Source: Microbotryum violaceum (Eukaryota). From it: a DNA stretch of 64,000 nucleotides. Under the pieces are notes generated by a model that worked only from the letters and a program-made list of their open reading frames with translations, made no database searches and was not told the DNA's origin. The position numbers and the translations under genes are program-made. The first letter of the stretch is position 1. Every line of letters starts with the position of its first letter. Location of the stretch: NCBI GenBank assembly GCA_001244265.2, contig CDLV01000010.1:248001-312000 (forward strand), read 5' to 3'. Positions 1 to 11,237 of this stretch are shown here, piece by piece.

Positions 1-18
1 ACCTCCATCCAACGCACC

Positions 19-1926
19 ATGGCACCCAAACGATTGGCAGATATCGCCGCCCCCGCGCCCGAGGTCGTGGCTGAACCAGTAGCCGAGATCAAGAAGGAGT
101 CGGCCAAGCAGCGCGCCAGGATCGACAAAGGGCTCGCAGAGACTCGCGTCGAGAGCGTGACCGTCGATGGACTGGTACGTTCCTACCACTAGGTGCCTAC
201 GGTGGGCTATTGGACATGCAGGACGATGCAAAGTATATGAGGGTGTCTGCGATGCGGTGCTTGGGTTGCCGTGGGCTGGCCCAGCGTCGTTGTGCTGGCT
301 GCTTCGTGCATGCGCGACCATCGCTGCAGGCTGTCCGCGAAGCTGTTGGCGGTGAGCGTGAGCGGTGCGACACTCGTCACCCGCACAAACACCAAACACA
401 CCAGCGCATGCCTAGTCCGAACCTCTTGCATCACCTCCACCAGTCTAGACGATCCAGATCTGTTGGCCTTGGTTTCCAGAATGCTGACACCCATGCTCCA
501 TCGTACAACTCCTGCGCTCGTCCCCGAATGCGCACCCTACCCACGTCACAGACCTTGATGAAGATCATCAAGCACGCCCGAGAGGCCCACCAGGTCATCC
601 CCGCTCCCCAGGGTACCTCGAACGCGACCGTTTCCTTTTCCCCCGCGGTCGGCCAATTGCTCGGCATCGATTCCGAAGGCTCGCTCCGGGTCAGCAACGC
701 GTTCGCCCTTCCCGCAGGTGCTCTCGGTGGTTCTTCGTCTGACTCGGAGGGTGAGAACCGGGGTTTAAAAGCTGGTCAGTACGAAAAATTTCTCTAGGCG
801 GAATATCCCAGCGTACTAAATAGAACTACTCGACCATGGCTACTCTCAGCGACCAAGTACTCCGCGGCCGTGCTCAGCCGGATGATTGATCTCAACGCCG
901 ACGGATCGATCGTCGGGTTCTACACCTCCACCAACAACGGCCAGACCCTCGCCATCTCCGGCTTCGTCGAGGCCCTCATTGGCGCCCAGATGACCGGTGG
1001 TGGTGTGGGTTCCGGTCTCGGCAAGGCGACGCCCGTCGGACGTGCCGCCGCGACCAAGACGAATCTCGTACCGGGTCAGGGTGCCAAGAACGGGAAGGGA
1101 ATCGCTTTGGTTTACGGTGAGACGCTTTTGAGTAAGCCGGTTGATTCAATTTCCGAAGGCTGATCTTTGTGAACCGCAATTGTCAACAGATGTCGCGAGT
1201 GCCGCACAGGGTCACGTCGGCTTGAAGGCTTACCGATTATCCGCTGCTTTCGTCGAGGCATACCGAGCGGGCAAATTCGACACACAGAGGTGAGCAGCCC
1301 AAGAGTTTACCTGGAATTGATTTTTGAGGATCCTGACCATCTTTTCTTCTCCCCCGTTCGTACTTTGCAGCCTCATCGACCATAAGCTAGTCCCTTCCAA
1401 CATCCTCGAAGAGGTACCCGTGACTGTGCACTCTTCGTCGCTCTTGACCGCCTTCCTATCGACTCTCGTGACTCCTTCCTCCTCCTCAGCGAATGGCGCA
1501 AGTCAATCGTCCTCCGTGCCGCTGGACCCACTGACGACCTACTCGCAACTGTCACTGCCGACCTCTTCCACCTCTTCGAATCCTTCGCCTCTGACGACAC
1601 CTCTGACAGCTTTACTCTCGGCCCTCGAAACGCACCAAGCGCACCTCTCTACGCTCTCGTTCCAATCCCGTCAACTAGGACGCGATCGAGCTCGCTTAGA
1701 ATCGAACCCTGCCGTCGTTCGTCGTCGAATCGAAAACGAACAACGCGCCAAGGAAGGTTTACCCGCTTTAGCTTTATTACCGGAGGAATTGGCTTTACAG
1801 GAACCGAGTAGGTTGGAAACGATGTGCGCTTTGAACGCCGTACAAGGTGCGGTTAAGGTTTTGAATCAGGCGACCGGAACGGGTTTGGTTAGGAGTTATG
1901 GTGCCAAGGCTGGAACGGTGGGTTGA
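19..1926 (+). CDS. EIF3H: Translation initiation factor eIF3 subunit H-like (MPN domain), spliced
   Basis: ATG at 19. The spliced reading gives ...VESVTVDGL|TLMKIIKHARE...VGQLLGID...LRVSNAFALP...IVGFYTST...GIALVYDV...GLKAYRLS...ILEEVPVTVHSSSLL...EPSRLE, which follows the eIF3h pattern. GT-AG introns at about 175-551, 775-848, 1117-1189 and 1290-1370. Confidence 0.8.
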
Positions 1927-1954
1927 GAAGCAAGTCGGGGTTTACTGAAAGGTA

Positions 1955-1957
1955 TGC

Positions 1958-1989
<32 letters not shown>

Positions 1990-1993
1990 GTGT
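1955..1993. repeat. (TG)n microsatellite
   Basis: About 19 TG units with occasional CG, just after the eIF3h stop. Confidence 0.95.
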
Positions 1994-2394
1994 AAAAGAG
2001 TTGTAGGAGGATGAGGGATAGGAGATTTTTCAGGAAGAAGAAGAAAAAACACTCTCTCTTTGATCTAGAGACAACTTATAGAAAGGGTTTTTTCTTGGTG
2101 GCATGAATATTCCTCTCCTTAAAAACTTCTACCAGACATGCATATTGCGATCATCAAAGCCTCACTCCGGCTCTTTTCATCCCAGTGGTGGACTCAAGTT
2201 TTTGAAAGGGGGGATTTAGTCGAGATATTTCATCATTCACGGCACATGAGAGGAGATTAAACCCTTGGTTCGTACAAACATAGAAAAAAAAAACTCGAAA
2301 AAAGATTAAAAGGTGAACCCGCGGTCCCAATTCCTGCGGGGGAAAAAGACAGGGAGGGAAGGGGGGAGGAGACTTCAAGGTGAAAGTGTACCGA

Positions 2395-3367
2395 TTACAA
2401 GAACTGAAGCTTGACCGTTGTCCAAGCCGCTGCACCGACGGTCAACAACCCACTAGAGATGATCATCGGTTTAACCCCAGCCGTACACCTCCACAAAGCG
2501 CCCGTCATCGCTCCCGCTGCCATCGAACCGTAAATGTCGTGCTTGCCACCTCGGTACGAATCCAGGGTCGAGTTGAAACCGTTGTAAATGAGCGCCAACA
2601 CACCGGCGTTGTTACCGGTGAAAGAACCACGACGCGTGACCTGGTTCAAGACATGGTTCCAACGTAATCGGCGCGAGATTTTGCTCGCCGGATTCGCGGT
2701 CGCAGAACCGGCGGCGGCTTCGGGAGGGACGGTGCCTTTGGGAGTGGACGAACCGGCGGCGGCTTGTTGAGCGAATGCGGTCGCTTGAGCACCGATCGAA
2801 GAGGCTGGTGGGACTCCCGCTGCTGATGTTGCTGTCGAGGTGGCGGCGGCTGCGGCAGGGTTGATGGAGCCGATAGGGATCGATTGGCCGGCCTTGGGTA
2901 AGATCGGTCGTCGAAAACCTTCGTACAATCCCCAGATTCCACCTCCGGCTAGACCTGTGCAGCCGACAAGTCAGACGATCAGATTGGAAAAGAGAAAAGA
3001 ATATCAGCATAAGCATGAGGCCACTCTCCTCCCGCGAAAGAGCGAAAGATCGCTCACCACAGAGGTAGGTCGAGCCGGTTCCGTAGCACAATTCGTCACT
3101 CCAACCTCGACTCGGCAAAACGGATTGGCCCCCTTCCACACCGGACAGTTTATCGTCGTCCAAGGCGAGGTAATCGAGGTCTTTGCTGTCGATCAAGCCA
3201 GCGAGGGGGTGCAGTGCTGCGGGGTCGATGTTGGAAGTGGCGCCGAGGATCGAGGAAGCGTTCGGTGCGTCGGCGTAGGCGTAGGCGGACGAGGACGATC
3301 CGGAAAAGGACGAGAAGCGGGCGTTGCCGAGGATGTCCCGAGAGTCGGGCGCTGTTGCTGTCGACAT
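2395..3367 (-). CDS. TIM23: Mitochondrial inner membrane translocase subunit Tim23
   Basis: LHPLAGL...LDYL...LPSRGWSDELCYGTGSTYL, then after one intron (about 2955-3058) LNQVTRRGSFTGNNAGVLALIYNGFNS...RGGKHDIYGSMAAGAMTGALWR. These are Tim17/22/23 family motifs typical of Tim23. Confidence 0.92.
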
Positions 3368-3984
3368 TCTTGGGAGCAGCCGAGGGGCGTGTGGGGAGTA
3401 CTATATGGGGTGGTTGCACAGGGGCGGCGTCCGGCCTTGGGCTTGGACTTGGACTTGGACTTGGGGGCTTTGGGACTCGGGGATTGATCGGGTTAGACTG
3501 GTTAGTCTGAGATTTAGAACGAGCCAGAGGTGGACAGCTATATGGTGTCAGTACCGGATGCTGTAATGAGAAATGGCTGGCTCCGACGGCCAAAAGTATA
3601 GCAGGTGACTCGGACGCAGTGGCCGACACTTTTGGCAGAACCGGCCTCGACGATGCGGTGGTAGGATGCGAGGGGGGATGAGCAGCTACTACTGACCTTG
3701 AAGTATACAAGTGCGGGTGCGAGCTGCGAGCTGCGGGTCAGAAGCCTGCGGTGTGCGGTGGTTTGGTGGCAGGCGAGCGACTCTACGGTGCGACTGTGTG
3801 CGGCGAGCTGCGGCGGGCGCTTGCGAAGCCGCCCAAAGCACTCCCAAAGCGGTGAGCCTGCGCTGGCCTGCGCTGGCTCGAAACGCACGGGCCTCTTTTG
3901 GCTCCCGGCCACCGTTTCCCCGCCAGTCCAGTCCGGTGCGCGATTCACGATCGACTGGACCCGACCGCAGTGGGACCGGTCATC

Positions 3985-6095
3985 ATGTTGGCCGTTGGAT
4001 CAGCCATGTCGGTGCTGCACTCGTTCACACCAGCAGTATCGTCGTCACAGCAGCCGTCGTCGTCGTCGTCGCACCACTCGGGTCCATCTCTCCTCTCGCA
4101 CCCACACCAGGACCAGGCAACAATCTCCTCCCGTACAGCGATCATCACCACCGATACCGAAATCCAACACCATGCCCCAGTGGCTTCCACCTCCACCTCG
4201 TACCTCCAAGCAGACCGAATCACTACATCGACCTTGGCCTCGACCTCGACCGCGACACCGAGCAAGCCACTGCTGATAGTCGGTGGTAAAGTAGTCGCTT
4301 CCCCCACCTCGTTCGGTACGAGTGGTGGTCGGCTCAAAAAGTTCATTTGCCCCGAATGCGGTCAAGGCTACACGAGGCCGACCCGATTGCAGGAGCATCA
4401 ACGCGTCCACTCGGGCGAGGTCAGTCTTCCGAGAGCTGTCAAAGAGGCCGCCGTCATGTCGCTAAGCCCTCCGTTTGTATATCCAGCGACCTTTCAGGTG
4501 CGCAGAATGCCCCTCGACCTTCACTCGCGATTCCCACCTCAGGGCACACGCTCGCATCCATGTCTCCGAGCAGGAGAAGCGCTACGATTGCAACGAGTGC
4601 CACAAAAAATTCTGGACCCATCAGCACCTCAAAAAGCACATCCAGAGCATCCACAAAGGCAAGACCTATGACGTAAGTGAGACGTCCTTGACAAAGCGAA
4701 AACGTTGCTGACGAGTTCTCGCGAACAGTGCTCCCAATGCGACCAATCGTTCCGCAAACATCATCTACTCAGAACGCATATCGCCGAAGTGCATTCACCA
4801 CCGGGTACTTTCCCCTTCATTTGCGATGCCGAAGGATGCGACAAGTCATTCAAGCAAAAGACCCATCTCACCGCTCATCGCAAGACCCACGATCGTGAGT
4901 CCTTTTTTTTACTCGTGCGATCGCCGTGCAGTCATGGGAACGAGCTGATGATCGAAACGACTCGTTTAGCTTCGAGGTATCTCTGTATTCATCGTGATTG
5001 CTCGTCACTAAGTCTGAGTCAACGTCAACACACGACATGGTCGGCACTCCAAAAGCATACCAAGACCGTTCACCCTCCGAGATGTCATTATCCAGAGTGC
5101 GACAACAAGACCTTCACCACCAATCGAGGATTGAGGAATCATATCGCCTCCATTCATGAAGGTTCAACGAGCGCCGAAGATACAGATGCTCCCCACAAGA
5201 CGACCACGTCGAGGTCAAGGAGGAAACGTAAGCGCCGCTCCGGCCGAAAACGGGGCAGCGATGAAGAAGAGCTCGAGGCGCAAGAGACGGAAACGGACGC
5301 CAACGACGGGAACGTGACGAGTGAATGGGAGCAGAGTGAATGGGATCGAGAAGACGATGAACGTGAGGAGAGGATGCTGCTAGATTTCGCAGCCGGTGGA
5401 AAGAAGAAAAGGAGGATCGTACTCGCGCCTGAAGCGGTGTGGAAGTGTACCCATGGAGCATGCAAGAGGCCCTTCAAATCGGTCAGTTTGGGTCCAAGCC
5501 GCTTGCTGCGCTTCTCGCGCAAATGCTGATACTGCCAGATTTCGTCCGTTCTTCTCAGTCCGATGCCTTGGGTCGACACGTCAAGGCGCTTCACTCTATC
5601 GAGCGCTTGGTGCCTATCGTCGAGGTACCTGTACACCGGCCTCGCTCCCAGTCTCGTGGGACCTCGATGGGGCCAGCACCGCCGAAGGAGGACGACTTGG
5701 ATTTCGCACAAGACTCGACGGATCTAGAAGCACTACCTCCTCTTCCCCCTCTTCCCAAGCGAAAGCGCGCGCCCAAGTCTCCGACCGCGATGTCGCTCAT
5801 CGAGTCCATCACCGGATATGGATACGCCCCTGCGGACGAGGACGAGCGTTCGCAAGCCGCTTCGAAGCGCCAGTTCCCTTGCCCTTGGCCCGACATCGCT
5901 AAGCTCGATCACCGAATCATCGTCGACGACATCCTCTGTAGTCCTAACGGCCACATCGTACAGACCGGTAGCTGCGAGTATTGGTTCTCGCGCGTTTATG
6001 ACGTCGAACGACATCTCAGGGGTGCGCACCAGGTCGTGGTCGAGCGAGAGGAATTGGAACAATGGTTCGATGCCGAGTCGGAGGAGGACGGCTGA
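3985..6095 (+). CDS. C2H2 multi-zinc-finger protein, TFIIIA-like
   Basis: Nine C2H2 fingers across spliced exons (CPEC..HQRVH, CAEC..HARIH, CNEC..HIQSIH, CSQC..HIAEVH, CDAEGC..HRKTH, CIHRDC..HTKTVH, CHYPEC..HIASIH, CTHGAC..HVKALH, CPWP...C..HLRGAH), plus a basic NLS-like run and an acidic spacer. Finger content (YTRPTRLQEH, FWTHQHL, TWSALQKH) resembles fungal TFIIIA. Start could be 3985 or 4006. Confidence 0.75.
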
Positions 6096-6488
6096 GATGA
6101 CGAGCAGCTATGCATTGAAGGCGTGATATGGGTTGGATTTCCTTGATGTCGGACTGAAGCTTGAATGGAATGTACCACCGTACCTATTAGTAGGAAGAGT
6201 TGTCGTTCGCTTGCAAGCTCGCTTTCGCTTTCAATTTTTTGCGCCGCCTAGACAGCTAGCTGCTTACCTCGAGCTGAATGCCAACACTTCAAAGTAGCGA
6301 CTATCTGGAGTCTGGAGCCGGTATGCGCTTGAGAGCTCGGACAAATCCCTGAAGCTCGTTAGAGCTGAAGGCTCGTTTCGAAAAAGGGGGGGGGGGGGGG
6401 GGGGTCCAGCCTCGAAAATGATGCTATTCTGAGATTTATTGGACGAAATGGCCGAAATACCCCGCACGTGCGTGGCGGTTAAAGTCCC

Positions 6489-6633
6489 ATAGGAGAGCCC
6501 GATTTCAGCGCCGATTGGTGCGAACAATGCTACCCCGGATAGGAGGACCCTGCCTAAGAGCGCAATAGGGGAGCCCGATTTCAGCGCCGATCGGTTAGAA
6601 CATTGCCCCCGGATAGGAGGACCCCGCCTAAGC
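6489..6633 (+). repeat. Two-copy ~76-bp tandem repeat near the Helitron 5' region
   Basis: ATAGG(A/G)GAGCCCGATTTCAGCGCCGAT...CCCCGGATAGGAGGACCC(T/C)GCCTAAG starts at 6489 and again at 6565. A long G homopolymer lies upstream at about 6386-6404. Confidence 0.9.
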
Positions 6634-9600
6634 GCCCCGATCATTAATTCCCCATGGCCACTGGCCAGTGGCCACCAGCCCGGTTGCTAACCTGCCGCGT
6701 CGGCACACTCAGCACACAGCTTGGACGTCATCAGCCTCCCCGAGTCCCCGCGCCAGAGCCCACTACTAGCGCAGACAAGCGCAAGCTAGCGCACTCAGGC
6801 TGGCCTCCGCTGGCAAGTTGCCACCGCCCGGCCCTCTCCATTCCGTCTCTCTGTACTGCCTTGTTCTAACTTGGGCCGAGTTTCCTCGCATCTCTAAGAC
6901 AGGCTATCACACAACCGCCGTCATGTCACTGCTTTCTGATCTTGTACACCTCCGAGTCCGCACCATCGCCGAGGTCAGCCCACTGCAGTGCACAACGCTC
7001 GAATCTCAGCAACTCAGCAACGTGTTAAGCCTCGCGTCCACCACTAGCGACAGCCGATCCTCCCGCCGCACCGATCAAGCACAGTATGTGTATCCCGGTC
7101 CGCTCTTACGCAACATTCCAGTGTCAGCACTCGATGGTGTGGTTGACAAATGCAGTCTTGGGCAGCTCGTGCGCAGCAGCATCAACTTCAGCATGGATCT
7201 CCTGAAGGAGCTTTTTCGGGCGCATCACGTGGAAGGATACTCCTGGAGGAACCCGCTTGCGAAAGAGCTATCCCTACAAGCGCTCCTTTGGTCGTGCGAT
7301 CCCAACTGTAATGCTTGTTTGAATGGGTATGTTTTCAGAAGGCAACAAGCGGCGAGTCCCGTGACTCCGCCACGTCGTCATTGCTTCTCCGACCACAGAG
7401 CATACGCATCAAGACCTGTTGACGTGCTTCGAGCCTGACTGAACGAGCAAGTCCAGAAGAATCGCGAGAACGTCTCAGCGACTGACTCTAAAGAAACGCT
7501 GCACAGATGTCCACCACTGCATCCCGAACCCGAACAAGAAGATCCCGGTAAAGTGACATCGCATTTTGCGCCAGCATCCGATCAGTTCAAGACCGAGAAC
7601 CGTTCCGAATGAAATGATTACTTCACCGACGCTCGTTCCCGTCTCTTCTGCTGCCTGATGTGTTCCGAGAGAGTCTTTGGGCATAACGTACGATGGGTGC
7701 ATGAAGACGACATCAAGCGTGAGGAATCAGGGATTTGGAGGGAATTAACCAACTCTACACTACGAACGGACCTCCGACTTGCGATTGCAGTGTACAGCTT
7801 GACGGGATGCACTCATCCATCCCCGACGTCTCCGTCGACCGAGCGATTCAATCGATCAGATCGCGTACTCGCCCACGAACAACACGCTTCAGTGCTCACT
7901 CTGCCCAGACTGCTTCAAACGGTCGTTCCTACCACAGGGCCACCGACTAAGCCCCCTCGGTCGTTGAGCAACGGATTTTATCGCGCACTGGATCACGTCT
8001 CCGCTGATGTCCGAGATTGCTTCTCCAACACGAGTCAGCTTGAGCACCTGGTCACTGCAGTGCATGCGCCAGAGCCTACAAGATCGTGTACAAGCGAACT
8101 CGTTTCGATATCCCGAAGGCTCAACAAGAACTTACGCGCGGAAACACCCTCATCTCAAACCAAAACACCGCTTCGTTCACGGATGCACTGCCCATGTCAT
8201 TCGAGGAACTCGCTGACAGTGTGTGCATTCTGCGGAGGGAGCCCCAATCTTGCGAAGCTGGACAAGTGTCGACCCATGATCGTGAAGCAGAGTCGAATCC
8301 AAAAGATGCTCAGATGGTTGATCAACGAAAGCAAGAATTCGGCGCACTCTGCCGTCTCCTTTGATGGCGATTGCACAGCTCGTTCGACGCACTGGTTCCG
8401 GCCCGGGTGCGCTCAACCCGACCTCTCCAGCTTCTACGGCGGTTTCAGCTTCCACTTCGACTTCGGCTTCCGTCTGGGTTGCTCGCCAAGTATCGGATTG
8501 AAAATTCGCGGATGGAGACTGTCTCGTGCCCGACGTAGTTTTGGCGAATTCGGTGACCGCAGAGACAGTGGAAGCAACCTCATCGCTCTTTGAAGGCTAC
8601 GCAGCAACGCACTGCATAACGACTCTGATGAACCAGTATTCGAACACGTCCATGTGCCGCCACCCCCTACCGACGAACCAATTCACTCATGGCTTCTCTT
8701 TAAGAAAGCTCTCCGTTATCTCAACCAGGACAAGCCCACCTATGTCATTCCGACAGGCGACGCCCCTTTGTGGGAACCCTCGGACGAGCTCATGCTCTCA
8801 AAGCTGTGGCCACTGCACACCTCGATCCCAAAGAGAAAGAGGCTCGAATCGCAGCAACGCTGCTCGAAATCGACCCGGATGTTGTGTCTGAAATGATTGA
8901 AGAAATCCAAGGACACGAAAATGTACAGAGCAACAACAGAAGCAGAGAAGCATATCAACCGCATTATGGCGGAATTGCAAAGTCAGAGACAAAATTCACG
9001 GCACAACTGCGCAGATGCTCGACATGAGGAATGAGATCCGCGGATACGTCAACGCGTTCGGTATGTACACCCTCTTCGTCACCGTCAACCCGGCAGATTT
9101 ACACTCACCGTTGCGATGACGAGGTATCTCACAGCCTTAGGCGCATCAAGGACAAGTTTCTGGACCAAGATGATACCGTTTAGGCCAACGACAAAAAGTC
9201 ATCTAATCGTGGGTTGTAACGCTCTTCCCACTGTGAAAGATCGGTGGGGGAATACCGACACTCCATGCCATTTGATTCCCATGTCTCTCAGCGGTGGACA
9301 CGTTCACCACGCCTAGCCACGCCGTCTCGCGCCCAAGTCGCTCCCGGAAGTCCCGAACTCTCAACGTCAACTGAAACCACTTCTTATAGCTGACTTCGGT
9401 GAACGCGCGATGTGAGTCCCTAACGCTGACGACCACATGCAGTGCGAACACAAACTCGTCCAGACGCGGACTGTGACATGGGCGATGTCGAGTGATCTCA
9501 ACTTATGCATTTACACCCCCCGGCTCTGGCTCGATCTCGTTGTCTGCAATGTTCATTAACGTTTGGCACAATTACATGCCTCATTCATGTGAAACGTTCC

Positions 9601-9636
9601 TAGTAATACTAGCCGCTGTCAGGGGTGACTTAATTT

Positions 9637-9737
9637 TTCTGCCAGTGTGCGTAACAGCATTCCCTCCGACTTTTCCGAAGATTTCTAGGTATTAATATAA
9701 TTATGCTGTTAATGAAGTTTACCAAATAAATAAAAAA
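9637..9737 (+). mobile_element. 5'-truncated ~100-bp 3' stub of the same LINE family, with A-rich tail
   Basis: Matches 14868-14972 with 3 transitions before the tail, and ends in AAATAAATAAAAAA. Confidence 0.9.
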
Positions 9738-9803
9738 TAGTCCATCTCAGTTTAGTGACTTGATTTTTAAACCACACCGACGTAACGAAGTAACTCCTAT
9801 TGG

Positions 9804-11237
9804 ATGGACAACAACAACAACACCAACAACGCCAGGCATGCTGCTATACCACCTCTTCGCCCTGACCCTCCCGATCCTCCCGGCCAAGCCCCCGCCACCA
9901 CCACCAAATCATACTCCGCCGCGGTCGGCGCCCGCTCCGCTGCGAAGCACGGAAACGCCACCGCCAACGTCTCGACTGCCGTCGCCGCCCATCCACTGAT
10001 GCACAACATCGAGAATTGTGTCATCATCAACACCCCACCCTCAACCTCGGTCGAGCAAGTCCTCCTCGCGCTTGACAAATACTACCCTGGCCTTACCGGC
10101 GCAATGCCATGCGTCATCAAGGGTCAGCGCGGCCTCCGCTTTCCCAAGGCCGCCGATCTCGACACCCTGGAGGCCAACGGCCTCACTGTTGGCAAGACTC
10201 TGTGCAAAGTCGAGAAGCTGTACAGCTCTACTAGAGGAGGTGTTGTACAATGCACCCTTACGGGCTTTTTCTCCGACCCCGAGGGCCTCTGCCTATTCGA
10301 TGAGCAGATCGCTGCCTATGGCACGGTCCTCCGTCGTCGCACCCAGTACATTGGAAAGACGAAACACATCTCTGGGGTGTACGACTTTATCCTTGCCCTT
10401 AAGGATGTAGATGTTCTGCCCCCTGCCTCACTTTCTATTGCTTGTGACGGCGTCACTGAGCGAATCCCACTGAGGATCACCGGTGGCATGCGCCACTGCG
10501 TCTTCTGCCGTTCCGCGGCTCACGTCCGTAAGGATTGCCCCGTCGCCCCGGCGTGCAAGTCCTGCGCGAGCACCTCGCACGCCACCCAGCACTGCCCGGC
10601 CCGTCATGCGTCGAGCCCCCAGGGACCCCCCACGTCACGTGCCCCGCAAGCCTCCACCGTTACCACCGCCGCCCCCGCCGCCGTGTCCAAGTCGATCTCC
10701 CCGACCTCCGCCCACGACCGCACGACCAAAAAACGTCGAGTGGATCAGGATCTGGCTGCCCAGACTGAAGATCTGTCCAACAGAGCTTAGCCCGACTCTC
10801 TGTCGAAGAATGCCCGCCCCGAGTTCTCCTTCAATTTCCCTTGCAAAACTGCCACTCCTCCTGCCCCCCAGCCTGCCTCCAATCAGGGAATTGCCTACTC
10901 CCTCGTTGAAAAATCCTCCGAGTCCCCCAGCTCAGAGACCACCTCTCCATCCCCAAGCCCTCCTCCGGCCACGCCAAAGTCGATCATAACTCGATCCAAG
11001 TCGATTGCCGCCCTCTCCAAGCCAGCCACTCGTGAAGCCCCTCCCACTGCGCCTGCCCTCGAAGCCTCCGAGCCGAGCCCCGAGCCGTCTTCGCCCACGC
11101 CGTTGCCCTCAGCCGCGCCCAAAGCCCGACCCGATGACGCCGACACCGACGACGAGGCCGACGAAGAAGCCGAAGACCAAGAAGCACCTCCTAAGGACGT
11201 GGAAGACGCTATGGACCAAGATGATGAGCACAACTAA
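9804..11237 (+). pseudogene. LINE ORF1 (gag-like, two CX2CX4HX4C zinc knuckles) with one in-frame TAG
   Basis: CVFCRSAAHVRKDC and CKSCASTSHATQHC. A TAG at 10788-10790 interrupts the frame, which stays open through a Pro/Ser-rich then acidic tail to TAA at 11235-11237, overlapping the ORF2 ATG. Confidence 0.85.

Noticed and set aside
3440-3463. (GGACTT)n hexamer repeat as a telomere-like sequence
   Set aside because: Only about 4 units in the TIM23 upstream region, and not the TTAGGG motif.
6489-6633. 76-bp repeat as tRNA-sized genes
   Set aside because: No cloverleaf or TTCGA T-loop was recognisable; treated as a TE-internal tandem repeat.
11005-11220. N-terminal extension of ORF2 in the ORF track
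   Set aside because: It is an alternative frame over the ORF1 tail. APE homology starts just after the ATG at 11221/11224.
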